Shown here: positions 1 to 7,994 of the stretch, piece by piece
Layout: every line of letters begins with the position of its first letter
Numbering within the stretch: position 1 is the stretch's first letter
Assembly (NCBI GenBank): GCA_039027435.1
Contig: JBCCKF010000002.1
Coordinates: 259,009-323,008, forward strand
DNA from: Pseudomonadota bacterium
Lineage (GTDB): Bacteria > Pseudomonadota > Gammaproteobacteria > Steroidobacterales > Woeseiaceae
DNA length: 64,000 nucleotides
Reading direction: 5' to 3'
The notes under the pieces: generated by a model
Told to the model about the DNA's origin: nothing
Database searches by the model: none
The model's input: only the letters and a program-made list of their open reading frames with translations
Program-made: the position numbers and the translations under genes

Positions 1-195
1 GCACAAAACGGCTTTATCAAATTTGCGGCAGAGCCCCGAATCGATCCAATGAAGCTCATCACACTCGTGCAGAAGCAACCCGACCGCTACAAATTGCAGG
101 GTGCGGATAAGCTGACGTTCCGGCGCGAGATGCAGACGGGGCCGGATCGAGTGGCCGTACTGGAGCGCTTGCTACAGCGACTGACACCGGAATAG
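1..195 (+). CDS. mfd: Transcription-repair coupling factor Mfd, C-terminal end (5' part lies upstream of the window)
   Basis: Frame 1 is open from base 1 to TAG at 193-195. The translation AQNGFIKFAAEPRIDPMKLITLVQKQPDRYKLQGADKLTFRREM...LERLLQRLTPE resembles the conserved extreme C-terminus of Mfd. Confidence 0.8.
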   Translation, partial: AQNGFIKFAAEPRIDPMKLITLVQKQPDRYKLQGADKLTFRREMQTGPDRVAVLERLLQRLTPE

Positions 196-219
196 CCGGC
201 GCTGAGGTAGACTTACGCG

Positions 220-1065
220 ATGCGATACATCAACACGCCTTTTTTCTGGTGCTTGGCCGCATTCATACTTACGACATCAGTTTGCGACGCGCAGGTTCCC
301 CTCGAGATCCCCGAAGACACGCCACTGGTCGACGAGGAAGCTGCGGAGCCAGTGCCGGAATTTGAAATCGAGGTGATCGTATTCGAGTACGTCGGTGGTG
401 CGGTTGGTGCGCGTGAAGACTGGGCGTACATCGACACTGGCCGAGCCGAAGTACAAGCTCGGCTCGAAGCACAGCGAATCGAGGAGGAACGCATCGAAGC
501 GATCCTGAACGGTACATTCAATGAGTTTCCGGAACCCCCCCCGGAGCCGGAACCTGACGAAGCGCCAATCGCTGAAACGCTGCCAGCAGACGGATCGGTG
601 CCGCTGAATGAAGATGGCCTGCCAATGACCGAGGCACAGATGCTGGAGGCCGGCCTACTCGAAGACGATAAACCGCTGATCTGGACACTACTCGAGGAAG
701 AACAGCTGGATCTTGCCGAAGCCTTCGAACGGATGCGAAATAGTCGCGACTACAAACCGCTAATACACGCCGGCTGGCGCCAACCCGTCTACGGCAAGGC
801 AGACGCTACCACGCTGGCACTCGAGCGAATCGCAGATGTGCCTGATGAGCTGAGCGCCGAGGCCAGCATCTACGTCGAGCGCTTTCTGCATTTAACGCTG
901 GATCTAGAGTTGGCAAAGCCTTCCGCCGATAGCCTCGGCAGCGTCATCTACAGACTCGATGAGCGGCGGAAAATGCGCAGCGGCGAAACCCATTTCTTTG
1001 ATCACCCGCGCTTTGGTGCCATCGCCATCATCAACAAGCCTGAGCTGGTTGAAGTCGAGTTCTGA
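220..1065 (+). CDS. CsiV-like secreted/periplasmic protein
   Basis: 281-aa ORF with an N-terminal signal-like segment (FFWCLAAFILTTSVCDA) and an acidic Pro/Glu-rich linker. The C-terminal GETHFFDHPRFGAIAIINKP is reminiscent of the CsiV family. Its position directly after mfd matches my recollection of csiV in Vibrio. Family call is tentative. Confidence 0.5.
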   Translation: MRYINTPFFWCLAAFILTTSVCDAQVPLEIPEDTPLVDEEAAEPVPEFEIEVIVFEYVGGAVGAREDWAYIDTGRAEVQARLEAQRIEEERIEAILNGTFNEFPEPPPEPEPDEAPIAETLPADGSVPLNEDGLPMTEAQMLEAGLLEDDKPLIWTLLEEEQLDLAEAFERMRNSRDYKPLIHAGWRQPVYGKADATTLALERIADVPDELSAEASIYVERFLHLTLDLELAKPSADSLGSVIYRLDERRKMRSGETHFFDHPRFGAIAIINKPELVEVEF

Positions 1066-1069
1066 GTGA

Positions 1070-2146
1070 CTACTGAATATCGCCACCGACCGGTAGCTGA
1101 CTTGGCACCGTGGCGGGAATACTCGTCGGAAAATCTGGATCAGTGAGTGTTCTCAGAAACACTTCGATATCACCGAAATCATCGTCGTCCAGCGTCACGC
1201 CAAGATCACCACGCTCCTCATAAAGCGCGATCGCATCTCTGAGTGTGGGTCGAGATCCATCATGCATATACGGTGCAGTAAGCTGCACATTGCGAAGCGA
1301 CGGAGTGCGAACCGCGGGCAAACCCGCGATGATCGGTTTATCCGCGTCAATCTCATTATCGGAGAGCATAGGACCGGAATGACAGTCGGTGCACCCACCG
1401 TTGATGAACTTGTTCAGACCGACGACTTCACCAGGAGTCAAAGCACTTTCGTTGCCATCGAGAAATCGGTCGAATCGCGTCCTCGAAGTTGTCAGAGAAC
1501 GTTGATATGTGGCCAGTGCACTTGCAATGTTGGCCTCCGAGATGGGTTGAGGACCACCGAACACGGCCTGAAACCGATCTAGGTATTCGGGGATCATTTC
1601 CAGCCGTAGCATCACCGTATCCATGATTTCCGCTTCCAGGAAATCGATACTGCGCATCTCGACCTCGCTCAGGATCGGCTCGATGGCCTGAGCCTCAAGC
1701 GTGCCGGCGCGCAGATCCCAGAAATACCCTCCTGAGACAAAACCGTCCGCTGGCTCAGTCTGTTCGAGACCCGTGTATGCGACGTTCAGGATGCTCGGCG
1801 AGTGCCTTGCCGTCAGCGCGGCCCCGCGCCGATCGGGACCTAACCCGACGCCATCCACTCCGACGGAGACATCCCGGCCATCAGCCCACGCATGGTCTGG
1901 ATGATGGCAGCTGGCGCACGAGACGTTCATGCGACCAGAGAGAATCGGATCCCAGAACAGGAGCTCGCCCAATTGACGCTTGTCCTCGCTAAACGTGTTG
2001 TCCTCTGGGAAAATCGCCTCAGCCGGTAGCGGCGTGAAGAAATTGGTATAAGGTTCAGAGGGCGCAGCACCAGACGCGCCGTCCTCGTCGCAGCCAGACA
2101 ATAAGGCCAGCGAGATCAGGATGAACGTCAAAAATCTAATCGTCAT
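1070..2146 (-). CDS. Di-haem cytochrome c peroxidase family lipoprotein (CCP/MauG family)
   Basis: Two CxxCH haem motifs (CASCHHP, CTDCHSGP) and the PSLRNV..TAPYMHDGS motif typical of bacterial CCP. Lipoprotein signal MTIRFLTFILISLALLSGC starts at ATG 2146; the ORF track extends to a GTG at 2161. Confidence 0.8.
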   Translation of the reverse strand: MTIRFLTFILISLALLSGCDEDGASGAAPSEPYTNFFTPLPAEAIFPEDNTFSEDKRQLGELLFWDPILSGRMNVSCASCHHPDHAWADGRDVSVGVDGVGLGPDRRGAALTARHSPSILNVAYTGLEQTEPADGFVSGGYFWDLRAGTLEAQAIEPILSEVEMRSIDFLEAEIMDTVMLRLEMIPEYLDRFQAVFGGPQPISEANIASALATYQRSLTTSRTRFDRFLDGNESALTPGEVVGLNKFINGGCTDCHSGPMLSDNEIDADKPIIAGLPAVRTPSLRNVQLTAPYMHDGSRPTLRDAIALYEERGDLGVTLDDDDFGDIEVFLRTLTDPDFPTSIPATVPSQLPVGGDIQ

Positions 2147-2160
2147 TACGTGTCCCCACA

Positions 2161-2199
2161 CGATAAGGAACCGACAGGTTAGGCGCGGGTCGATAAGGA
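2161..2199. repeat. Exact 9-bp direct repeat CGATAAGGA x2, 30 bp centre to centre, in the ccp/LytTR divergent intergenic region
   Basis: CGATAAGGA occurs at 2161-2169 and 2191-2199 (read directly). Both lie in the 109-bp spacer between ATG 2146 (minus strand) and GTG 2256 (plus strand). Confidence 0.4.
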
Positions 2200-2255
2200 G
2201 TGTCGAACGATTTCGTGGACTGCGTGAGAACTTCTTGAATCGGTAGGTCCTGCTC

Positions 2256-3065
2256 GTGAACCGTCACCCCAACATCACATCGGCGCTCAGCAACCCGCGC
2301 AACCTGCGGCTGGCTGCGCTCGTCCTGGCATTCGTCGCAATAAATCAGGTCGATGACCCGCTCGTGTCACCCACCATGGGTCAGGAAGCACTGTATTGGT
2401 GCGTCAGGCTCAGTCTGCTGATTGCCGGTCTGTGGCTGGCTGACTGGTGGGTCAGTACCCGTCTGTCGGATCGCTGGCAGCGCCCTGCGTGGCTCGGCCC
2501 GGTTCTGATCGTCTCGATAGTAGGTCTTATACCCTTGTCGCTAGCCGAGATTCTGGTGGAGCCTCATTTGCCGATTCGACCGGAGTACCAGGACGGCGCT
2601 CTCTGGGCGATATCACCGGTTCTGGCCTGGTTAGCCGAATATGCAACGATCCTCTCAATCCTGCTGCCCGTGCACTTGTTGATTTGGTTGGTTGTGGAAA
2701 ATAGAGGGGCAACAACCGCCACCGAATCCACCGAGACAAACCGTTCCCTGCCTGAGTTCCTTCAGCGTACGTCGGCCAGATCAATTACAGATGTATTGGC
2801 GCTACAAGCCGAGGAACACTATGTGCGGGTCTACACGGCGCTGGGTTCCGAACTGATCTACGGGCGCTTTAGCGATGCAGCAGCCGCCATGGCTCCCGAA
2901 ATTGGTCTTAGAGTGCATCGATCCTGGTGGGTGCGTTCAGACGCGGTCCAATCGGCCAAGCGCGGAGCAAGGCGATGGAGTCTTGTCATTGGAGATAACC
3001 TCGCGGTCCCGGTTAGCGATAGCTACGTGGCGGCCGTGCGCGAGGCTGGCCTACTTAAGCGATGA
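2256..3065 (+). CDS. Membrane-anchored LytTR-domain DNA-binding protein
   Basis: 269-aa ORF (GTG start, uncertain) with several hydrophobic helices in the N-terminal two thirds. The C-terminal segment ALQAEEHYVRVYTALGSELIYGRFSDAA...LRVHRSWWVR is typical of LytTR domains. Confidence 0.65.
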   Translation: MNRHPNITSALSNPRNLRLAALVLAFVAINQVDDPLVSPTMGQEALYWCVRLSLLIAGLWLADWWVSTRLSDRWQRPAWLGPVLIVSIVGLIPLSLAEILVEPHLPIRPEYQDGALWAISPVLAWLAEYATILSILLPVHLLIWLVVENRGATTATESTETNRSLPEFLQRTSARSITDVLALQAEEHYVRVYTALGSELIYGRFSDAAAAMAPEIGLRVHRSWWVRSDAVQSAKRGARRWSLVIGDNLAVPVSDSYVAAVREAGLLKR

Positions 3066-4001
3066 TTGTTTGTCGGCTTCGCCAGAGTCGTCGAGTGCTG
3101 GATACAGCGTAACGACGCCTTCAGGGGCATCCAGCTGGGCACGAGCTTGCTCGAGCATCGCCGTGGCGTCGTCTTCGTTACGGGGCACACGACCACAAAC
3201 GCCAACTGTTACGCCAAGATGGCGGCCCACCGGCGACTTGGGGTGATGGATTGCCAGAGCCTGGATATCGCTCGCAATCGCATCAGCGAACTTGCGCGCC
3301 GACGGTGCACTCGTGCTGTGAATAAGTACGGCCAGCTCGTCGCTTGCAACACGCGCTGCGGTATCGCCCGCACGCTGCAGACGACGGCGAACGCTATGTG
3401 CGATTCGCTTCAGTGCCGAATCACCCGCATGTTGCCCGAACGTCTCAACGTAGCTTTGGAATGCGTCGATACGGAACACGATCACCGATAGCCAAGACTG
3501 CTCTCGCGCCGCTATCGCAGCGTCACGTCGCAGCAACGCGATCCAGGGGTCCTTCTTGAGAAAAACCGTCACCGCATCGCTAGGCAGCGTATTCAGCGAT
3601 GCAGTCGTTCCTGTTGCGGTTTCGTTCACCGTATTGATTTGGAAGAACACGATGCGCAGCGAGGAACCTGCATCCGCGAGCATCACCCGCCCCGACACTT
3701 GCTGGTCCGGCGTCTCCTGCCCGGCGATCACAGCAGAGAACTCGGTTTGTGGTCGCACCTCGCTCGCTGAATCGATCGCGGTGATGACACCGCTCCCACC
3801 CAGCTTGCTCAATAGGGGTGCCGCGTCCTGCCCGGAAACCTGTCCAGAGGGTAGATCAAGCGCCCGCAAAAACGCCGGGTTGAAGTACACAATCCGCCAG
3901 TTTTCGTCTCGAACATCAACGAGGCAGACCGGCGACGGTTGACCGTCGATCATGTTTCGGAGGATGTTCTTGGACGGTAGCTTCACAATTATCGGCTGCA
4001 A
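3051..4001 (-). CDS. Sensor-domain + degenerate GGDEF-domain protein (GGDEF replaced by ASDEL, RxxD I-site retained)
   Basis: The C-terminal half has the GGDEF-domain pattern (FGQHAGDSALKRIA...RAGDTAARVASDELAVLI). The signature GG[DE]EF reads ASDEL (3333-3347). RAGD lies exactly 5 residues upstream. The 3' end overlaps the convergent LytTR gene by 15 nt. Confidence 0.7.
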   Translation of the reverse strand: MQPIIVKLPSKNILRNMIDGQPSPVCLVDVRDENWRIVYFNPAFLRALDLPSGQVSGQDAAPLLSKLGGSGVITAIDSASEVRPQTEFSAVIAGQETPDQQVSGRVMLADAGSSLRIVFFQINTVNETATGTTASLNTLPSDAVTVFLKKDPWIALLRRDAAIAAREQSWLSVIVFRIDAFQSYVETFGQHAGDSALKRIAHSVRRRLQRAGDTAARVASDELAVLIHSTSAPSARKFADAIASDIQALAIHHPKSPVGRHLGVTVGVCGRVPRNEDDATAMLEQARAQLDAPEGVVTLYPALDDSGEADKQSSLK

Positions 4002-4075
4002 TTGAATTCGAGAGATTATGTGTAGCAGTGCCGATTCGAAAAATCGAGCGCAGAGGCCTGAAAATGCTAACTAAA

Positions 4076-4819
4076 TCACCCTTTTGAGTCGAAAAACGCG
4101 GTGAGCACCTTGTCGGCGCTATGGCGTGCCGCCTGCATAGCGGCGACCAGTTGAGCATGAATATCGCCCGCTCCCTGACCCGCCGCTTCATTGACGATCA
4201 GTGCAAGGCATGCGTATGACAGGCCCAATTCACGGGCAATTGACGCTTCCGGCATACCGGTCATGCCGATCACTTCGACGCCATCCCGTGCCAATCGGGC
4301 AACCTCGGCCGCTGTCTCGAGGCGCGGACCTTGCGTTGCGCCGTAGACGCCATCCATGGCCAAGGGCACTGATGCAGCCCGTGCTGCTTCGGCGATCCCG
4401 AGCCGCAGCGTCTCATCATACGGTTGCGTAAAATCGATGTGTTCGAGCGGTCCTGACACCCCATCGCGCACGCTGTGAACCCGCCCCCAGGTGTAGTCGA
4501 TGATCTGATCCGGCAACAGAAGACCGCCAGGCGGTACTCGTTGACCGATGATCCCGACAGCATTCAGCGCTATAACGTGAGTGACCCCGACTGTGGCTAA
4601 TGCCGACAAATTGGCGGCATAGTTCACCCGATGCGGTGCGATCTGATGGCCTTCGCCATGCCGTGGCAGGAACCACGCGTCTGATGCACCGATACGAACC
4701 CGCTTCAGTGGCGCAGACGGCTCACCGAAAGCCGTATCGACAGATACCGACTCCAGGACTGCAGTCGTATCACGGTCTCCTGTACCGGTGCCGCCGATGA
4801 CCGCGTACACCGAACTCAC
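4076..4819 (-). CDS. mtnP: S-methyl-5'-thioadenosine / thioinosine phosphorylase (purine nucleoside phosphorylase family 2)
   Basis: 247 aa. The N-terminus VYAVIGGTGTG and the motifs FLPRHGEGH and IGMTGMPEA are typical of the MTAP/MTIP family. The gene lies next to nagZ, as in Pseudomonas. Confidence 0.8.
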   Translation of the reverse strand: MSSVYAVIGGTGTGDRDTTAVLESVSVDTAFGEPSAPLKRVRIGASDAWFLPRHGEGHQIAPHRVNYAANLSALATVGVTHVIALNAVGIIGQRVPPGGLLLPDQIIDYTWGRVHSVRDGVSGPLEHIDFTQPYDETLRLGIAEAARAASVPLAMDGVYGATQGPRLETAAEVARLARDGVEVIGMTGMPEASIARELGLSYACLALIVNEAAGQGAGDIHAQLVAAMQAARHSADKVLTAFFDSKG

Positions 4820-5859
4820 CAGAGCACCGGTTCGGCTTCACGACCAAGCGCATCATCCAGCGCCGTGCGGGCTTCGCGCCATTGGTCTAGTGAAGTCAAC
4901 GCAGAGATATCGAATGTGGCTCCGCCGCGAAGTCTCGCGAGGCGGCTCATTGAGGTGGGATTGAACACACCGGACAAGTGCCGCACCGCTCGTTCCGCCG
5001 CCGGCCGATCGTTGCAAATGAGGACCATGTCGCTGCCCGCATCGAGCGCCAGATCGACCCGCGCTTCGATAGCCCCGTAAGTCGCCGTGGCCTTCATGGT
5101 CAGATCATCGGAGAAGACAGCGCGGTTGAAACCGATACGCGTGCGCAGCTCCTGTTGTTGCCACCATGGCGAAAAACTCGCGGGCATAGGATCGAGTGCC
5201 GAATACACCACATGTGCGGTCATCAACGCGGGTAGTCCGGCAGCCGCCATGCGTTCAAATACGACGATGTCATCGAACATATCCGAATACTCCCGGCGAT
5301 CTACCGGCAGCTCGTGATGCGAATCCGCGACCACGGCGCCATGCCCAGGAAAGTGCTTGCCGACAGCTGCCATGCCCGCCTCTTTCATGCCTTGCATCAT
5401 GCGTGTGGCGAGTGCGACGACCACATCGGGGTTGCGGTGCAATGACCGATCGCCAATAACGGCACTGACGCCATAATGCAGATCGAGAACCGGGGCGAAG
5501 GATAAATCGACACCGCAGCTAAGTAGCTCAGCGGCGAGCAACCAGCCCGTTAGCCGCGCGAGGTCGAGCGCTCTCGTGGGATCCTGACGGTATAACAGTC
5601 CGAACCAGCCTAGAGGTGGCAAGGTGGTAAACGGCGGGCCGAACCGTTGTACGCGCCCACCCTCCTGATCGACCGCAATCAATAATTCCGGCGATCTAAG
5701 TTCTTTTATTTCACTATTTAAATCAATTATTTGCTCTATTGATTTAAAGTTTCTTTTAAAAAGAATTACACCCCCGACCGCGGACTCGGAGAGCAGATCC
5801 CGATCGGCCGGACTCAAAGCGACGCCCTCGACGTCGATCATTAAGGGTCCAAGTGGCAT
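4816..5859 (-). CDS. nagZ: beta-N-acetylhexosaminidase NagZ (peptidoglycan recycling)
   Basis: MPLGPLMIDVEG...GGVILF.RNF...AVDQEGGRVQRF...KHFPGHG are typical NagZ motifs. ATG at 5859 overlaps the rlmD stop (ATGA). The longer ORF-track start at 6003 would run 145 nt into rlmD and is rejected. Confidence 0.9.
   Translation of the reverse strand: MPLGPLMIDVEGVALSPADRDLLSESAVGGVILFKRNFKSIEQIIDLNSEIKELRSPELLIAVDQEGGRVQRFGPPFTTLPPLGWFGLLYRQDPTRALDLARLTGWLLAAELLSCGVDLSFAPVLDLHYGVSAVIGDRSLHRNPDVVVALATRMMQGMKEAGMAAVGKHFPGHGAVVADSHHELPVDRREYSDMFDDIVVFERMAAAGLPALMTAHVVYSALDPMPASFSPWWQQQELRTRIGFNRAVFSDDLTMKATATYGAIEARVDLALDAGSDMVLICNDRPAAERAVRHLSGVFNPTSMSRLARLRGGATFDISALTSLDQWREARTALDDALGREAEPVLW
5717..5748. 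repeat. Perfect 11-bp inverted repeat TTTAAATCAAT-N10-ATTGATTTAAA inside the AT-rich patch of nagZ
   Basis: Arms at 5717-5727 and 5738-5748, read directly. They are embedded in 5701-5770, which has 12 G/C in 70 nt by hand count. Confidence 0.8.
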
Positions 5860-7229
5860 CAGTCGACCACTCGATCGAACACGGCGATAGACTCGACGTG
5901 CGCTGTATGCGGGAACATGTTCATGACCCCAGCCTGCAACAGTCGATAACCCTGTGTTTCTACCAGCAGCTTTGCATCGCGTGCGAGTGTGCCGGGGTTG
6001 CATGACACATACACAATCCGGTGCGCACCCAACTTGCCCGCAATCTCAGCGAAGTGTTGTGCGCCAGCACGAGCCGGGTCCAGCAGAATACGATCCCAAC
6101 GCTGCGCCATGAGTGCCTCCCATGAAGCAGGTTCGAATAGATCCGCTGCCGTGAAACTCACGTTGTCGATACCATTTCTCGCGGCGTTGGCGCGAGCGCG
6201 TTCGGTCAGTGCTTCGGCCCCCTCCACCCCGTGCACGAACTTTGCGGTACGCGCAATCGGCAGCGTGAAGTTGCCGATACCGCAGAACAGATCCAGCACA
6301 CGGTCCTCCGGTTGCGGGTCTAGCAATCGAAGTGCATCGGACACCATCCGCTCATTCATCACGCCATTGACCTGCACAAAGTCATTGGGCTCAAAGTCGA
6401 GCGCAAGGTCGAACTCAGCCAAGTGATAGCGCAGCTGAGGCGCGACGGATCCGTCCCGGCGCGCCAATGGCGACAGAGAATCCGGCCCGCCCGGCTGGAG
6501 ATAGAACCAGACATCATGTGTCTCTGAAAACTCAGCAAGCTTGTCCAGGTCGTCGGGATCCGGAGCGTCCAACACACGCAGGCAAAGTACCGTCACAGGC
6601 TTTTCGCCCGGTGCCAACGGATCACCCACCGCAACCTCGATTTGCGGCAATCGCCGTGCGATGCTGAGCGCACCGATGCAATCGGCGAGCGGACGAATCA
6701 ACGGATCGACAGGCGCCACAAGCACCGGGCAGTGGTCCATATCGGTAATGTAGGGTTTGTAGCGCTCGCGGAATCCCACCAACACACGCTCTCGTGCATC
6801 GACGTATTTGACACCGAGCCGGGCGCGCCGGCGATACCCCCATGCATCTGCCATCTGCGGCGCAAGCCACGAGGCAGGGCTCACACTGCCCACTCGCTCA
6901 AGGTTGTCGGAAAGCACCTGCTGCTTTGTCGAGAGTTGGAGCTCGAGGCTCATATGCTGCATAACACAGCCACCACAGCGCCCAAAGGCGTCACAGCCTG
7001 GCTCGATGCGATCAACGCTCGGCGTAATCACCGCATCACACACCGCTTCGTCGTAGTTGCGCTTGCGCCGTTTGCGCGTCCACTGCACCGTCTCACCCGG
7101 CAAGGCACCCTCCACGAATACCGTCTTGCCATCACTGTCGGCAATTCCCCGACCGTCGTGAGTTAACGCACGTATGGGTGTCGTCTCGGGTTCACGAGAG
7201 AACCGCGCACGCCTACCCATCGGCTTCAC
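5859..7229 (-). CDS. rlmD: 23S rRNA (uracil1939-C5)-methyltransferase RlmD (RumA)
   Basis: TRAM-like N-terminus, Fe-S cysteine cluster CDAFGRCGGCVMQH and SAM-methyltransferase motifs (VLDLFCGIGNFTLP; the C-terminal YVSCNPGTLARD). The start is either GTG 7229 or ATG 7220. Confidence 0.85.
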   Translation of the reverse strand: MKPMGRRARFSREPETTPIRALTHDGRGIADSDGKTVFVEGALPGETVQWTRKRRKRNYDEAVCDAVITPSVDRIEPGCDAFGRCGGCVMQHMSLELQLSTKQQVLSDNLERVGSVSPASWLAPQMADAWGYRRRARLGVKYVDARERVLVGFRERYKPYITDMDHCPVLVAPVDPLIRPLADCIGALSIARRLPQIEVAVGDPLAPGEKPVTVLCLRVLDAPDPDDLDKLAEFSETHDVWFYLQPGGPDSLSPLARRDGSVAPQLRYHLAEFDLALDFEPNDFVQVNGVMNERMVSDALRLLDPQPEDRVLDLFCGIGNFTLPIARTAKFVHGVEGAEALTERARANAARNGIDNVSFTAADLFEPASWEALMAQRWDRILLDPARAGAQHFAEIAGKLGAHRIVYVSCNPGTLARDAKLLVETQGYRLLQAGVMNMFPHTAHVESIAVFDRVVD

Positions 7230-7992
7230 TCCAAGCCTCGCGATATGCGCTCCAATGTGCAGCTTCCTGCGTTTGTAGCCAGTCTCTCACGCGAGCAATT
7301 TCTCGATCGTAACCCACGCTGTCCAGGCGGCCCCGCATACGTTCAAATCTGAGATAGACGAGATAGGTATTCATGACGTCGGTTTCGCAATAATCGCGAA
7401 TCTGCTGCAGCCCTCCGTCGGCATATACCGCCGCAACCTTGTCCCCACTCATACCCAGCTTGCCAGGAAACCCCAACATGATCGCGATATCGTCGAGCGG
7501 CGCGCGTGCACGCGGTTGGTACGCTGAGAGCACGTCCATGACGTCGATATGACGCCAGTGATAGCGCCCAAGATAGCTGTTGTAGCGGAACTCACGTTGT
7601 TGGTCGCCGTTCTCCCAGTAGGTGGCCGCATCGATACCGTGATGAAGTGCCCGGTAGTGCAACACCGGCAAATCAAACCCGGTGCCATTCCAACTCACGA
7701 GATCCGGAACGAATCGTTCGATACCATCAAAGAAGCGTCGGATTAATTCTGCCTCGTCGGCTTCAAGTGCGCCGAGACTCCAGACTCGAAAGTCATCAGC
7801 ACTGCGGAGCGCTACAGAGATCGCCACGATCTTGTGAAGATGCAGTGGCATAAAGTCGCTGCCGGATTTTTCCCGACGCAGGGCCTGCATTGCGGCCAGC
7901 GCATCTTCATCCGTAAGTGACTCAAGCCCATAGAGTCGACGACCGGCTGCAACGTCGGGCACCGTCTCAATATCAAACACCATGCAGTGCAA
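7213..7992 (-). CDS. PolB-exonuclease-like 3'-5' exonuclease (RNase H fold), physiological role unknown
   Basis: The N-terminal MVFDIETVPD (Exo I-like DxE), SWNGTGFDLPVL and YCETDVMNTY motifs resemble the predicted exonucleases related to the PolB exonuclease domain. Overlaps the rlmD start by 8-17 nt. Confidence 0.65.
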   Translation of the reverse strand: MHCMVFDIETVPDVAAGRRLYGLESLTDEDALAAMQALRREKSGSDFMPLHLHKIVAISVALRSADDFRVWSLGALEADEAELIRRFFDGIERFVPDLVSWNGTGFDLPVLHYRALHHGIDAATYWENGDQQREFRYNSYLGRYHWRHIDVMDVLSAYQPRARAPLDDIAIMLGFPGKLGMSGDKVAAVYADGGLQQIRDYCETDVMNTYLVYLRFERMRGRLDSVGYDREIARVRDWLQTQEAAHWSAYREAWSEADG

Positions 7993-7994
7993 TG

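Noticed and set aside
535-542. C8 homopolymer inside the CsiV-like gene, considered as a possible slipped-strand phase-variation tract
   Set aside because: It simply encodes part of a Pro/Glu-rich linker (PEPPPEPEPDE). A tract of 8 in a GC-rich genome is short for phase variation, and there is no supporting context.
5860-6003. N-terminal extension of the nagZ ORF (395-aa version). Analogous extensions occur for cdsA (to 52039), dnaE (to 42566), rpsB (to 55850), rpoE (to 17653), era (to 10920), lpxA (to 45125), the grx-like gene (to 14917) and the recJ-coupled ORF (to 28603).
   Set aside because: Each extension runs into the upstream real gene (or, for rpoE, into its promoter) and adds residues not collinear with the known family N-termini. 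Internal ATG/GTG starts give canonical N-termini, often with ATGA coupling.
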